Assembly: GCA_965249135.1 (NCBI GenBank)
Contig: OZ252220.1
Coordinates: forward strand, 480,001 to 544,000
Length of the DNA: 64,000 nt
From: Alphaproteobacteria bacterium
GTDB taxonomy: Bacteria > Pseudomonadota > Alphaproteobacteria > GCA-2746255
Direction of reading: 5' to 3'
The notes beneath the pieces are model-generated. The model had not been told where the DNA came from, did not search any database, and saw only the letters and a list, made by a program, of their open reading frames with translations. Made by a program: the position numbers and the translations under genes. Positions 33,173 through 44,364 of this stretch are shown piece after piece (positions within the stretch are counted from its first letter, which is position 1; each line of letters opens with the position of its first letter).

Positions 33173-35421
33173 GTCTTTTGCTCCGCGTTTCCGTTTAAGG
33201 GACGCCAGCGTGCAAGCAGCAAAGAATTTGAAACGACGCTTACGCTGCTGAATGCCATCGCGCCGCCTGCAATAATTGGGCTTAGCAGACCGGTTGCCGC
33301 AAGCGGAATGCCGATGACATTGTAGATGAAGGCCCAAAAAAGATTTTGCCAGATTTTTGAAACCGTCGCGCGCGAGATTCGAATGGTTTCCGGAAGCAAA
33401 AGCGGCTCACCCCGCATCAGGGTCACGCCGGCAGCCTCCATGGCGACGTCCGTTCCCGTTCCCATCGCAATCCCGACATCGGCTGCGGCAAGGGCCGGCG
33501 CATCGTTGATGCCGTCACCGACCATGGCGACGACCTCCCCTTCCTCCCGAAGCCTCACGACTTCGGCGATCTTTTGCTCCGGCAGGACTTCGGCGAGGAC
33601 CCGGTCAATGCCGAGCTTCCCGGCGACAGCGGCAGCGGTGCGGTGATTGTCGCCGGTCATCATGGCGACCGCGATTCCCATCTCCTTAAGCCGCCTAAGC
33701 GCGTCCACCGCCTGTGGCCGAATGGGGTCGCTGGCAACGATGGCGCCGAGAAGGCGCGGTCTATCCCCGGCAAGCGCCACCCACATGACGGTGGCGCCAA
33801 GGGATTCGAATTCGGCCGCCTGTTCTTCGAGTTTATCCGTCGGAATTTCCGATTCGGCCATCAGTTTCCGGTTCCCGATGACCAGCCGTTCGCCATCGAC
33901 GACGGCCTCGAGGCCGCGTCCGGTAAGGCTTCGAAAACGCGCAAGCGGTTTCAGTTGCTTGCCTTCTGCCGCTTCGAGAATCGCACGCGCCAAGGGATGT
34001 TCGCTTCCCTGCTGGGCCGAGGCGGCAAGCAGCAAGATCGCTTCTTCATCTGCCCCCTCAACGGCCAGCACGTTGGAGACCTTGGGATGGCCTTCCGTCA
34101 AGGTTCCGGTCTTATCGAGTGTAATGAGCGTCACTTTGCGCGTTTGCTCAAGCGCTTCCACGTCCTTGATCAGGATCCCGCTGCGCGCCGCCGCCCCCAT
34201 GCCGGCGACGATCGCCGTCGGTGTCGCAAGACCAAGCGCACAGGGACAGGCGATCACGAGGACGGAAACGGCTGCGATCACGGCGAGGCCGATGGCGCCG
34301 GTGAAAAGCCATTGGGCGCCGAAGGTGAAGACGGCGACGAGTAATACCGCCGGGACAAAGACGGCGCTTACCTGATCGACCAGCTTTTGAACGGGTGCCC
34401 GGCTGGCCTGGGCGCCTTCGACCAGGCGGATGATCTTGGCAAGCGTCGTCTCGGCGCCGATGCGTGTCGTCGTCACGCGCAAGAGTCCGGAGCCATTCAG
34501 CGAACCGCCGGTGACTTGGTCACCCTTTCCTTTCTCAACCGGGTGGCTTTCTCCGGTAATCAGCGATTCGTCCACCTCGCTTTCGCCGTCGAGTATCTCG
34601 CCATCGACGGGCAGGCGTTCGCCGGGCCGAACCAAGACGACGTCTCCGACGGCCAGGGTGTCGACGGGCACTTCGATTTCCTCGCCATCTCTTAAAATGT
34701 GCGCCGTCTCGGGCCGCAGTTTCGCGAGCGCGCGAATGGCCGCCGATGTCCCCTGCTTGGCGCGGTTTTCCAGCCACTTGCCGAACAGAACCAGGGTAAT
34801 GATGATGGCCGAGGCCTCGAAGTAGAGCTCCCCCGCCCCTTGGGCCTCCGGCCAAAGGATGCGGTAGGTGCTGAGGCCATAGGCGGCCGAGGTACCAAGG
34901 GCGACAAGCTGATCCATCGTCCCGTTTCCATGGCGAAGCGCACGCCACGCGGCCTGGTAGAAATGCCAGCCCACGCCGAATTGAACGAGGCTCGCAAGCC
35001 CCATCTGAACCACTGGCTGGAGATGGAATGGAAGGCCCATAAACCCGCTCGCCATTTGGGCGGCGAGCGGCAGCGTGAGCAAGATGGACGCGATGAGGAA
35101 ACCGGATTGGCGGCGCAAGCGCGCGCGTGCGTCGGCCTCTTCCTTCGAGACCGCGCTCGGCAGCGGAACCGCATAGCCTACTTTACGCACCGCATCGGCG
35201 ATCCGGGCAAGGTCGACCCGGCTGGGATCGATGCGAATATCGGCGCGTTCCAGCGTGAAGCTCACCTGGGCGGCAAGGACTCCGGGAAGTGCCAGAAGCG
35301 CCTTCTCGACGTGATTGGCGCAGCCGGCACAGGTCATTCCCTTTATGGCGAGGGACAATTCCTGGCCTTCATAAGCCTCGTCTTTCGGCGTAAGCTCCCG
35401 GGCCTTCGCGGGGAACGTCAT
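33169..35421 (-). CDS. copA: Cu(I)-translocating P1B-type ATPase
   Basis: GMTCAGC, TGES, CPCALGLA, DKTGT, SEHP, GDGINDAP, YN, MAFSS. Confidence 0.95.
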   Translation of the reverse strand: MTFPAKARELTPKDEAYEGQELSLAIKGMTCAGCANHVEKALLALPGVLAAQVSFTLERADIRIDPSRVDLARIADAVRKVGYAVPLPSAVSKEEADARARLRRQSGFLIASILLTLPLAAQMASGFMGLPFHLQPVVQMGLASLVQFGVGWHFYQAAWRALRHGNGTMDQLVALGTSAAYGLSTYRILWPEAQGAGELYFEASAIIITLVLFGKWLENRAKQGTSAAIRALAKLRPETAHILRDGEEIEVPVDTLAVGDVVLVRPGERLPVDGEILDGESEVDESLITGESHPVEKGKGDQVTGGSLNGSGLLRVTTTRIGAETTLAKIIRLVEGAQASRAPVQKLVDQVSAVFVPAVLLVAVFTFGAQWLFTGAIGLAVIAAVSVLVIACPCALGLATPTAIVAGMGAAARSGILIKDVEALEQTRKVTLITLDKTGTLTEGHPKVSNVLAVEGADEEAILLLAASAQQGSEHPLARAILEAAEGKQLKPLARFRSLTGRGLEAVVDGERLVIGNRKLMAESEIPTDKLEEQAAEFESLGATVMWVALAGDRPRLLGAIVASDPIRPQAVDALRRLKEMGIAVAMMTGDNHRTAAAVAGKLGIDRVLAEVLPEQKIAEVVRLREEGEVVAMVGDGINDAPALAAADVGIAMGTGTDVAMEAAGVTLMRGEPLLLPETIRISRATVSKIWQNLFWAFIYNVIGIPLAATGLLSPIIAGGAMAFSSVSVVSNSLLLARWRPLNGNAEQKT

Positions 35422-35463
35422 GGCTTCACACTAAACCTTCCAGGCTTCACACTAAACCTTCCA
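35422..35463. repeat. 21-bp tandem duplication GGCTTCACACTAAACCTTCCA x2
   Basis: Exact copies at 35422-35442 and 35443-35463. Confidence 0.97.
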
Positions 35464-35479
35464 GTAGCTAGAAGGTCAA
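35449..35479 (-). promoter_or_regulatory. CueR-dependent sigma70 promoter of copA
   Basis: -35 TTGACC, 19-bp spacer, -10 TAGTGT; dyad ACCTTCC-N7-AGAAGGT at 35456-35476. Confidence 0.92.
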
Positions 35480-35608
35480 GGCTACTGTCTGGTGAAACGA
35501 ATAGAAATACCGCACTTCGGCGTTTAAGCGATTATTTGAACTTTTCGGCCAGAAACAAGGCCGACAGAATCATAAGATTCCTCTAGAATGAGTGTAAAAA
35601 ATTAAGTT

Positions 35609-35621
35609 TAACTTATTGATA
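35609..35621 (-). promoter_or_regulatory. Putative IHF site at the trpG start
   Basis: TATCAATAAGTTA matches WATCAANNNNTTR in an AT-rich context. Confidence 0.5.
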
Positions 35622-36199
35622 TGTATTTATTAATTGATAACTACGACAGCTTTGTTTACAATCTTTACCACTATTTCGGCGAGCTGGATGCCGAAATGGA
35701 GGTGAAGCGCAACGACGCGATTGCCGTCGCGGAGGCTCTCGCCCTCAAACCGAAGGGGATCGTCATCTCGCCGGGCCCCTGCGACCCGGACCAGGCGGGG
35801 ATTTGCCTAGCGCTCATCGAAACCGCCGCCGGCAAGCTCCCGATCCTGGGCGTTTGCCTTGGCCATCAGGCGATTGGCCAGGCGATGGGCGGAAAGGTCA
35901 TCCGGGCACCGGTACCGATGCATGGCAAGGTCAGCGAGATCCATCACACCGGCTCGGACGTCTTCCAGGGGTTGCCCAATCCCTTCCCGGCGACCCGCTA
36001 CCATTCCCTGATCGTCGAGCGTAAAACCTTGCCCGATTGCCTGCGCGTCACGGCGGAGACGGAGGATGGCCTGATCATGGGTCTCGCCCACAAGGATTTG
36101 CCGATCTACGGCGTCCAGTTTCATCCGGAAAGCATCGCTTCCGAGCATGGCCACACGGTGCTTCAAAACTTCCTCACCCTTGCCGCAGGCACGGTCTGA
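35621..36199 (+). CDS. trpG: Anthranilate synthase component II
   Basis: IDNYDSF, SPGP, GVCLGHQ, QFHPES. Confidence 0.96.
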   Translation: MYLLIDNYDSFVYNLYHYFGELDAEMEVKRNDAIAVAEALALKPKGIVISPGPCDPDQAGICLALIETAAGKLPILGVCLGHQAIGQAMGGKVIRAPVPMHGKVSEIHHTGSDVFQGLPNPFPATRYHSLIVERKTLPDCLRVTAETEDGLIMGLAHKDLPIYGVQFHPESIASEHGHTVLQNFLTLAAGTV

Positions 36200-36200
36200 A

Positions 36201-37238
36201 ATGGCTCAAGCGGAAAACGCGCTGCGCCCATTGCTCGCGAAAGTCGCCGACGGCATCGCGCTCAACGAAGCGGAAGCAGCGAAAGCCTTTCGGATCCTGA
36301 TGACCGGCCAAGCGACCCCCGGCCAGATCGGGGCCTTTCTGATGGCGCTTCGCACGCGCGGCGAGACCGTCGAGGAAATCACGGGCGCCGCCCGCGTGCT
36401 GCGCAAGCAGGCCCTTTCCATCAAGGCGCCGAAAGGGGCCATCGACACCTGCGGAACTGGTGGCGATGGCTTGGGCACGCAAAACATATCGACGGCCGCG
36501 GCCCTCGTCGTTGCCGGCGCCGGCGTGCCGGTCGCCAAACATGGGAACCGCGCCCTTTCGTCGAAGTCCGGTTCGGCGGATGCGCTCGAGGCACTTGGCG
36601 TCAAGCTGAGGGTGGATCCGAAGCGAGTCGAACGCGCCCTTCAGCAAGCGAAAATCGGTTTTCTGTTCGCGCCGCGGCATCATCAGGCGATGCGTCACGT
36701 CGCAGGCGTGCGCAAGGAACTTGGCACCCGAACCGTCTTCAACCTGCTGGGGCCGCTTGCCAATCCGGCCGGCGCGAAGCGTCAGCTTCTCGGTGTCTAT
36801 TCGCCAGATTGGGTCGCGCCGATGGCGCGGGTATTGAAGAAGCTCGGCACGACGCGAGCCTGGGTCGTGCATGGCAAGGACGGCCTCGATGAACTGACGA
36901 CGACGACCACCACCACCGTCGCCGCCCTTTCCAAAGGGCGGATACGCAGCTTCGAGATCGCACCGGAAGATGCCGGTCTTGCCCGGGCAAAACCGGCCGC
37001 GCTTAAAGGGGGCGATGCGCGCGCCAATGCGAACGCAATTTTGAGACTGCTCGCGGGCGGCCACGGTCCGTTCCGGGATGTCGTGCTGCTCAATGCGGCA
37101 GCAGCCCTCGTCATTGCCGAAAAAGCCAGGAATTTGAAACAGGGCGTGGCGCTTGCCACGGATGCAATCGATACTGGAGCCGCACAGTTGAGCCTTCGCA
37201 AGCTCGTTGAGATCACCAACGCCGGGAAAGCCAGGTGA
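36201..37238 (+). CDS. trpD: Anthranilate phosphoribosyltransferase
   Basis: [23 protein letters not shown]; ATG 36201. Confidence 0.97.
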   Translation: MAQAENALRPLLAKVADGIALNEAEAAKAFRILMTGQATPGQIGAFLMALRTRGETVEEITGAARVLRKQALSIKAPKGAIDTCGTGGDGLGTQNISTAAALVVAGAGVPVAKHGNRALSSKSGSADALEALGVKLRVDPKRVERALQQAKIGFLFAPRHHQAMRHVAGVRKELGTRTVFNLLGPLANPAGAKRQLLGVYSPDWVAPMARVLKKLGTTRAWVVHGKDGLDELTTTTTTTVAALSKGRIRSFEIAPEDAGLARAKPAALKGGDARANANAILRLLAGGHGPFRDVVLLNAAAALVIAEKARNLKQGVALATDAIDTGAAQLSLRKLVEITNAGKAR

Positions 37239-38053
37239 GCGGAACCTTGAGTCGCATTTGCGCCGAAAAGCGCGAACACGTCGCCCGCTGTCGGGAAGAA
37301 CGCCCATTGCCGGAGGTAATCGTGCTGGCGGAGGCCGCCTCACCTACCCGTGGCTTTCTGCAGCAGCTCGCGCAAGCCAAGGCGGCCGGCCGAACCGGCC
37401 TGATCGCCGAGATCAAACGCGCGTCTCCAAGCCAGGGTTTGATCCGCAAGGATTTCGATGCGGTCAGTCTTGCCAAGGCCTACGCGGCGGGAGGTGCCAG
37501 CTGTTTGTCCGTGCTTACGGACGAACCCTGGTTCCAGGGCCGGGACGACCATCTTACGCTGGCGAGGGAAGCAACCGCGCTGCCAACGCTGCGCAAGGAT
37601 TTCCTGCTCGATCCCTATCAGATATACGAGGCCCGCGCGCTGGGGGCGGACTGCGTGCTGCTCATCCTTGCCGCCTTGGACGAGGAGGAGGCCCGCCTCT
37701 TAGAAAAGACCGCGTTTGAGCTTGGCATGGACGCCCTCATCGAGGTGCATTCGAAGGCCGAGTTCGACCGCGCCCTTGCCATGCGCTCGCCGCTGATCGG
37801 CATCAACAACCGCAACCTTGAAACCCTCGAGGTGGACCTTGAAACGACGGAGCGTCTGGCGCGCCACGTGCCCGAAGACCGCCTGGTCGTCTGCGAGAGT
37901 GGCTTGGCTACGCCTCAAGACCTCGCCCGCATGGCGAAGGCGGGGGTGACGACCTTCCTGATTGGCGAATCCTTGCTCCGGCAAGCCGACGTTACTGCTG
38001 CGACCCAGACCCTGCTTGCTTCGGCCACAATCGGCCAAGCCGCGAAAGCCTGA
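37235..38053 (+). CDS. trpC: Indole-3-glycerol phosphate synthase
   Basis: [24 protein letters not shown]. Confidence 0.97.
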   Translation: MSGTLSRICAEKREHVARCREERPLPEVIVLAEAASPTRGFLQQLAQAKAAGRTGLIAEIKRASPSQGLIRKDFDAVSLAKAYAAGGASCLSVLTDEPWFQGRDDHLTLAREATALPTLRKDFLLDPYQIYEARALGADCVLLILAALDEEEARLLEKTAFELGMDALIEVHSKAEFDRALAMRSPLIGINNRNLETLEVDLETTERLARHVPEDRLVVCESGLATPQDLARMAKAGVTTFLIGESLLRQADVTAATQTLLASATIGQAAKA

Positions 38054-38056
38054 TCC

Positions 38057-38536
38057 ATGGCCAAGGACTTCACCCATTTCGACGCGAAGGGAAACGCCTC
38101 CATGGTCGATGTCACGGAAAAGGAAGAGACTGAACGCACGGCGATCGCCAAGGGCTCGGTCCTCATGCAGCCCGAAACGCTCGCAAAAATCCAAGAGGGT
38201 GTCGTGAAAAAGGGCGACGTGCTTGCCGTGTCACGGCTTGCCGGCATCCAGGCGGCCAAGCGAACGGCGGATTTGATCCCGCTTTGCCATCCGTTGCCCT
38301 TAACCTCGATCGAGCTTGAGCTTGATTGCGATCCATCGCGACAGGCCGTCGACATCACGGCGACCTGCAAGCTGAAGGCACGGACCGGGGTCGAGATGGA
38401 GGCGCTGACGGCGGTCTCGGTGGCGGCCTTGACCATCTACGACATGTGCAAGGCGCTCGACCGTGCAATGAAGCTTACCGATATTCGCCTTGTCCATAAA
38501 TCCGGAGGAAAATCCGGAACTTATGAATCATCTTGA
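38057..38536 (+). CDS. moaC: Cyclic pyranopterin monophosphate synthase MoaC
   Basis: [26 protein letters not shown]. Confidence 0.97.
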   Translation: MAKDFTHFDAKGNASMVDVTEKEETERTAIAKGSVLMQPETLAKIQEGVVKKGDVLAVSRLAGIQAAKRTADLIPLCHPLPLTSIELELDCDPSRQAVDITATCKLKARTGVEMEALTAVSVAALTIYDMCKALDRAMKLTDIRLVHKSGGKSGTYESS

Positions 38537-39750
38537 TGATATCAGTTGAAGAAGCGGTCGCAAAAATCCGGGCCAGCTTAAAGCCCCTTCCGGTGGAAAA
38601 AATTGCGCTTTCCGATGGCTTGAACCGCGTCCTTGCCGAGGATTTGGTGGCCGAGCGGGATCAGCCGCCGCTCGCCGTCTCGGCGATGGATGGCTATGCC
38701 GTGCGCGCCGTCGATACCACCAGCGTGCCGGTGACCCTCTCCCAGATCGGCGAAAGCCGGGCCGGCCTTGCCTTCGAAGGCAGCATCGGCGCAAACGAGG
38801 CGGTCCGTATCTTTACCGGCGCGCCCCTGCCGATTGGTGCGGATGCGATCGTCATCCAGGAGGTGACGGAACGGACCGAAGACCGCGTCCTCGTCAAGGA
38901 AGGGGTGCCAGAAGGGCATTTCGTCCGGCCGACCGGCCTTGATTTCCGCAAAGGCGATATTCTCCTTCAGGCAGGGACTCCCCTCACCCCCCGCGCGCTG
39001 GGCCTGGCCGCGGCGATGAACCGGGCGTCGCTTGCCGTGCGGCGAAGGCCGAGAGTCGCCATCCTGAGCACGGGAGATGAGCTCGTCGAACCGGGCGGCA
39101 CGTTGAAGCCGACGCAGAACGTGAATTCGAATGCGCACACGCTTTCCTCGCTCGTGCGTGTGCTGGGTGGCGAGCCGGTTCCGCTCGGCATTGCCCAGGA
39201 TACCCGTTCCTCCCTGCTCGCGCTCGTGCAAGGGGCGGCAGAAGTGGACCTGCTCGTCACTTCCGGCGGCGCTTCCGTCGGCGACCACGACCTCGTGCGA
39301 AGCGTGCTTGGCGAGGAAGGTCTCGAGCTTGATTTCTGGGGCGTCGCCGCACGGCCTGGAAAACCCACCCTGTTTGGGCGCCTCAAGGGCACACCGCTGT
39401 TAGGCCTGCCCGGCAATCCGGTCTCGACGGTGGTGGGCGGGATCCTTTTCCTGCGCCCAGCCCTTGAAGCCTTGCTCGGCGTGCCTGCCGGCACGGAACC
39501 GCCGGAGCAGGCCAAGCTCACCGTGGCCTTGGAAAGGAACGGCCCGAGAGCGGCCTATTTGAGCGCCAAAAGCGAGCGCGAAGTGGACGGGAGTCACCGC
39601 GTTACCCCCTTTCCCCAACAGGACAGCTCGATGCTGGCCCAGGTCGTCGCCGCGGATTGCCTGGTCATCCGGCCGGCCGACGCGCCCGCCGCCAGCGCCG
39701 GGGAGAGCGTCGAAATACTCCGGCTGATCGGGGGGCTGATCGGGGGCTGA
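38536..39750 (+). CDS. moeA: Molybdopterin molybdotransferase MoeA
   Basis: SAMDGYA, IFTGAP, STGDEL, SGGASVG, GLPGNPVS. Confidence 0.96.
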   Translation: MISVEEAVAKIRASLKPLPVEKIALSDGLNRVLAEDLVAERDQPPLAVSAMDGYAVRAVDTTSVPVTLSQIGESRAGLAFEGSIGANEAVRIFTGAPLPIGADAIVIQEVTERTEDRVLVKEGVPEGHFVRPTGLDFRKGDILLQAGTPLTPRALGLAAAMNRASLAVRRRPRVAILSTGDELVEPGGTLKPTQNVNSNAHTLSSLVRVLGGEPVPLGIAQDTRSSLLALVQGAAEVDLLVTSGGASVGDHDLVRSVLGEEGLELDFWGVAARPGKPTLFGRLKGTPLLGLPGNPVSTVVGGILFLRPALEALLGVPAGTEPPEQAKLTVALERNGPRAAYLSAKSEREVDGSHRVTPFPQQDSSMLAQVVAADCLVIRPADAPAASAGESVEILRLIGGLIGG

Positions 39751-39755
39751 TCGGG
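39722..39755. repeat. Imperfect tandem repeat GGCTGATCGGG(G) x3 spanning the moeA stop
   Basis: CTGATC followed by G6, G5 and G3. Confidence 0.8.
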
Positions 39756-39807
39756 TTCGCCGCCGGCCTTTCGCCCAAAAGCAAGGCGATTGGGGCTGCC
39801 GGACCCC

Positions 39808-39860
39808 TTGACGCGCAACCAGAACCAAAGTAGAACATGCAAAAGGTTTTCCTTTTGTTC
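39808..39860 (+). promoter_or_regulatory. lexA promoter with alphaproteobacterial SOS boxes
   Basis: TTGACG (39808); GAAC-N7-GAAC at 39822-39836; degenerate GTTT-N7-GTTC at 39846-39860. Confidence 0.85.
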
Positions 39861-39892
39861 TATCCCGAATGGCGGCTGCCAAGGGGCGTGCG

Positions 39893-40597
39893 ATGTTGAC
39901 GAACAAGCAGCATGAACTCCTGACCTTCATCCACCGGCGTCTCGACGAAACCGGCGTCGCACCGTCCTTCGACGAGATGAAGACGGCACTTAAATTAAAA
40001 TCGAAATCCGGAATCCACCGCCTCATCACGGCGCTCGAAGAGCGCGGATTCATCCGGCGCCTGCCGCACCGGGCGCGCGCACTCGAAGTATTGAAACTAC
40101 CGGAAACCGCCGCCGGCCCACGCACACTCGCCACGAAAACCGGTCATCCCGGCAAAGTGATCCGTGGCAATTTCCGCCCCTCGCACGACGGCGAGGCGGA
40201 CGAAGCCGGCAGCGCGCCAGTGGAGCTGCCCCTTTTCGGGCGTATCGCCGCCGGCATGCCGATCGAAGCCCTTCGCGATCCAACCTCGACGATCGAAGTC
40301 CCCGGTAGCCTACTGGGTGCCGGCAATCACTATGCCCTCGAAGTGGCCGGCGATTCGATGATCGATGCCGGCATTTATGACGGCGACACCGCCGTGATCG
40401 AGGAATGCGACACGGCGGAAAGCGGCAGTATCGTCGTGGCGCTCATCGACAACGAGGAAGTCACGCTAAAACGGCTGCGTCGAAAAGGTGCCTCCATCGC
40501 GCTTGAGCCCGCGAACCAACATTACGAAACGCGGATTTTCGGCAAGGACCGCGTTCACATCCAAGGCAAACTCATCGGCCTCTACCGTCAGTACTAA
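39893..40597 (+). CDS. lexA: SOS repressor LexA
   Basis: MLT.KQ, PSFDEM, SKSGIHR, IAAG cleavage site, GDSM, TLKR. Confidence 0.97.
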   Translation: MLTNKQHELLTFIHRRLDETGVAPSFDEMKTALKLKSKSGIHRLITALEERGFIRRLPHRARALEVLKLPETAAGPRTLATKTGHPGKVIRGNFRPSHDGEADEAGSAPVELPLFGRIAAGMPIEALRDPTSTIEVPGSLLGAGNHYALEVAGDSMIDAGIYDGDTAVIEECDTAESGSIVVALIDNEEVTLKRLRRKGASIALEPANQHYETRIFGKDRVHIQGKLIGLYRQY

Positions 40598-42756
40598 TTC
40601 TTCTTTCGCCTTTCGGGAGCCGGTACCCAGGGGCGTTCCCCGCGTATTTCGCGCACGTTTTGGACGCGCACGGTCTCCTCTCCAAGCCAGATCGCATGTC
40701 CCCCCTTCCGCCACAGATCGAAGCGGTCGATCACGACCGCAGCCCCTTGGCAAATTTGCCCACGCACCGGCTCGCGGCTGACGACGACGGAAGCCAGGGC
40801 GCAATCCTCGGCCAACGCGCCAGGATCGAAGACCAAGGCGACCACCTGGCCATGCAGCCGGTAGACGCAGCCCAGCTCGTCGCAGGCAAGCCTGCCGTCC
40901 TCGCTCTTCCCCTCCTTCGGCCAAGGCAGGGGATCGGTCTCGCCGGCAAGGCGCAGCCAGTCCCGTCCGGCAAGCCGGGCGGATCGGCGGGAGGAAAGCC
41001 GATAGCCGCCCAATTCCGCGCGCACGGCGAAGAGCTTCCCATCGTCTGAAACGAGCACGTCCGGCGGCCGCGCCAGGCCGATCGTCAAAAGCCCGAGCGC
41101 AATGCCGAGCGCCCCGAAATAGCGCCAGTTGCCCCGCCACAGGCAAAGCCAGAGGCCGCCCAGTGTGAGCGCCGTAAGCCCCACCGCCGTCATCGAAGGC
41201 AAAAGTGCGACCGAACCCGGCCAGTTTGCCACCATGCGTGCCGTTCCGATCACCGCTTCGACTCCCCACCCCATCGGGACGAGCGCCAGCGTTTCAAGCC
41301 CGAACGGCATGAGCAGGAAGGCCACCACCGCCCAGGGCATGACCCAAAGGGCGGTGACGGGCACGGCAATCAGGTTTGCCGCGAGTCCGTATTCGGCGAA
41401 GCGGTTGAAGTGTTGAATGGCAAACGGCGCGGTGGCCAGTCCGGCAACGAGCGTCGTAAGCCCCACGCCGGCCAGATAAAGGCCGGCATGGCGAAACATG
41501 CCGCCGGCCGCCTTCCCCCGGATCCACGGCCGGCGAATCGCTTCGTAGACGGCGACGAGCGCGACGACGGCTGCGAAGGAAAGCTGGAAGGATGCGCCAA
41601 GCAGCGCGTCTGGCTGCAACAGGAGAACCACGAATGCCGCCCAGGCGACCAGGCGCATCGAGATGCCGGTCCGGTCCAGCAGCACGGCGAGCAGCACGAG
41701 GCCGATCATAAGAAACGCACGTTGGGTCGGAATCGTCGCTCCCGAAATCAGGAGGTAGAAGAAGGCCCCGAAAAGGGCCGCGATGGCCGCCCACTTCTTG
41801 ATGTGAAAGCGCAGGGCAATGGGTACTGCCAAGGCCAGGAGCGCACGGATGCCGATGAACAGGATACTGGCGACCAACCCGATGTGCAGGCCCGAAATCG
41901 CAAGCAGATGGGCAAGCCCCGAATCCCGCATGGCGGCCAGGACGTCCTTGGTAATCGACCCTCGCTTGCCGGTCATGAGGGCGGCCGCCACGGCCCCGGC
42001 CTGGCCGGAAAGCGCCGCCGTCACCCGGTCGAAGACCTTCTGGCGGATCTTCTCGATCCAACTTTCGAGGCCGCCCGCTTCCTTTCCGGCTTCCGTCTCG
42101 GACCCCTCCAGCGGCCCGATCGCAAAGCCGACGGCGCCCAACCCGTCGAAGAAGGCGTAGCGTTGAAAGTCGAAATGGCCGGGCGCCGTTGGGGCGCGGG
42201 GTGGCAGGAGCATGGCACGGACATGCACCCGCTTGCCGATACCGAGCGCTTCTCGTTGCTGATCCCGGCGAAGACGGATGCGCACACGCTTTGGCGTTTG
42301 CTCACGCGCGACCCCTTCGATACGGGGCTCGCCAAGTGTCACGCGAAAGGTATTCGGAAGAACGTCGAAATGCTCGATGCGGCCTTCGACGCGAATCATT
42401 CGCGTCTCCTTTTCGAGGACCGGTGCCGTCACCAGCAGGGTCCGAACCTTCGCCGCAGAAAAACCTGTCCCGACAACGGCCAGGGCCAGAAAAAGAAGGA
42501 ACAGCCGCTCACGTTTCCATGAAAAACCAAGGCCTAAAAGCGGCACGCCCGCCGCGAGAAGCGCCAGCCAGAGTGGCGGCTCGACCGCCAACAAAAAATA
42601 GATTGCGATTCCAAAGCCGAGTCCGACCGGCAACCATAACGGCCAGTTCTCCCGTTCCCTGGCCAGGTTTGCTGCGATGAAGCGAAACGGGCCGGGCAGA
42701 AGCCGCGGCCCTTTCACCGAAATTTCCATGGATTTGCTGGTGTCGTCCGGGTCCAT
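40594..42756 (-). CDS. comEC: ComEC/Rec2 competence protein (no MBL domain recognised)
   Basis: [24 protein letters not shown]. Confidence 0.93.
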   Translation of the reverse strand: MDPDDTSKSMEISVKGPRLLPGPFRFIAANLARERENWPLWLPVGLGFGIAIYFLLAVEPPLWLALLAAGVPLLGLGFSWKRERLFLLFLALAVVGTGFSAAKVRTLLVTAPVLEKETRMIRVEGRIEHFDVLPNTFRVTLGEPRIEGVAREQTPKRVRIRLRRDQQREALGIGKRVHVRAMLLPPRAPTAPGHFDFQRYAFFDGLGAVGFAIGPLEGSETEAGKEAGGLESWIEKIRQKVFDRVTAALSGQAGAVAAALMTGKRGSITKDVLAAMRDSGLAHLLAISGLHIGLVASILFIGIRALLALAVPIALRFHIKKWAAIAALFGAFFYLLISGATIPTQRAFLMIGLVLLAVLLDRTGISMRLVAWAAFVVLLLQPDALLGASFQLSFAAVVALVAVYEAIRRPWIRGKAAGGMFRHAGLYLAGVGLTTLVAGLATAPFAIQHFNRFAEYGLAANLIAVPVTALWVMPWAVVAFLLMPFGLETLALVPMGWGVEAVIGTARMVANWPGSVALLPSMTAVGLTALTLGGLWLCLWRGNWRYFGALGIALGLLTIGLARPPDVLVSDDGKLFAVRAELGGYRLSSRRSARLAGRDWLRLAGETDPLPWPKEGKSEDGRLACDELGCVYRLHGQVVALVFDPGALAEDCALASVVVSREPVRGQICQGAAVVIDRFDLWRKGGHAIWLGEETVRVQNVREIRGERPWVPAPERRKKN

Positions 42757-42843
42757 CCCAGGCTACCTACTGCAAGCTCGATCCGAATGTGTTAAACACG
42801 CGAGAGCAGCCTACTTTACAAATTCCTTCACGCATCGAAAAGC

Positions 42844-44256
42844 ATGTCCGTCGTTACTCGTTTCGCACCGAGCCCAACCGGCTACCTCCACATCGGAGGC
42901 GCGCGAACGGCGCTTTTCAACTGGCTCTATGCGCGCCATCACAACGGTACGTTCCTGCTTCGAATCGAAGACACGGACCGCCTGCGCTCGACCAAGGAAG
43001 CCATCGACGCGATTTTCAACGCGCTTCATTGGTTGGAACTGGACCCCGACGAAGAGCCCGTCTACCAAACGTCGCGGATGGACCGGCACGTCGAGGTGGC
43101 AAACAGCCTGCTTGCCGACGGGCTCGCTTATTACTGTTATTGCACGGAAGAAGAGCTTGCCAAAATGCGGGCGGCCGCAAAGCAGGAAGGAAGACCGATT
43201 CGCTACGATGGCCGCTGGCGCGACCGGGACTCTTCGACAGCACTTCCGGATGCGAAGCCAACCGTCCGTTTCAAGGCCCCGCTCGACGGCGCCACCGTTC
43301 TTAAAGATCTAATCCAGGACGAAGTGAAAGTTGAAAACGCACAACTCGACGACATGGTGCTCCTTCGTGCGGACGGCTCACCCACCTATATGCTTTCTGC
43401 GGTCGTGGACGATCACGACATGGGAATCACGCACGTTATCCGCGGCGATGACCATTTGACGAATGCGTTTCGTCAAACTCAATTATACCGCGCGCTTTCA
43501 TGGCCGGTGCCTGAATTTGCGCATATGTCTCTCATCCACGCACCGGATGGATCGAAACTTTCCAAGCGCCACGGCGCGATCGGGGTCGCCGCTTACCGGG
43601 AGATGGGCCTTCTTCCGGAGGCGCTTCGCAACTACCTGCTTCGTCTTGGATGGAGTCATGGCGATGACGAAATCATCTCCACGGCCCGTGCCATCGAATG
43701 GTTCGATCTTGACGCCGCCGGTCGTTCGTCGGCGCGCGTCGACATGCAGAAACTCGAATACCTGAACGGCCATTACTTGCGGGAGGCGGAAGATCGGCGC
43801 TTGGTTGGACTCATCGCGCCAAAGATCGAAGGAACCTTGGATCAGAAGCTCGCAAGCGGGGACGAGAAAAAACTCCTTCAGGCGATGGGGGGCTTAAAAA
43901 TGCGTGCGAAGAATTTGAACGAGCTTGCCGAACACGCCGTCTTTTACGTGCGTACGCGGCCCATTTCGCTTGATGAAAAGGCCGCAAAAATACTGGACGA
44001 AGCCGGGCGTCAGCGTCTTGCAAAAGTGGGGGCGAAGCTTGCGGCGCTGGATTCCTGGACGGAGGACGCCCTGGAAGCCGCCATCCAGGAATATGCAAAA
44101 GTCGAGGACGTGAAGCTCGGGAAGGTTGCCCAGCCGCTCAGGGCGGCACTCACCGGCAGCACCATATCGCCGGGAATCTTCGAGGTTATGGCGATCCTTG
44201 GAAAGGTCGAAACTCTAGACCGTTTGCGCGACGTAGCCCCCTGGGATACTTTATAG
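42844..44256 (+). CDS. gltX: Glutamate-tRNA ligase
   Basis: RFAPSPTGYLHIGG, KLSKR. Confidence 0.97.
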   Translation: MSVVTRFAPSPTGYLHIGGARTALFNWLYARHHNGTFLLRIEDTDRLRSTKEAIDAIFNALHWLELDPDEEPVYQTSRMDRHVEVANSLLADGLAYYCYCTEEELAKMRAAAKQEGRPIRYDGRWRDRDSSTALPDAKPTVRFKAPLDGATVLKDLIQDEVKVENAQLDDMVLLRADGSPTYMLSAVVDDHDMGITHVIRGDDHLTNAFRQTQLYRALSWPVPEFAHMSLIHAPDGSKLSKRHGAIGVAAYREMGLLPEALRNYLLRLGWSHGDDEIISTARAIEWFDLDAAGRSSARVDMQKLEYLNGHYLREAEDRRLVGLIAPKIEGTLDQKLASGDEKKLLQAMGGLKMRAKNLNELAEHAVFYVRTRPISLDEKAAKILDEAGRQRLAKVGAKLAALDSWTEDALEAAIQEYAKVEDVKLGKVAQPLRAALTGSTISPGIFEVMAILGKVETLDRLRDVAPWDTL

Positions 44257-44364
44257 ATCGGGAAAACGCACCCTTCTGGCGTGGCAGAATACGTCTTGAA
44301 GGCGTAGCGAAAGCCTTTACAAGAATATCGCCAAGCAAGGGCCCCTTCGGGAAGGAAGGCTGGA

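Noticed and set aside
36897-36917. ACG/ACC run encoding seven Thr in trpD
   Set aside because: In frame, mixed codons, in a normally Thr-rich strand; no evidence of length change
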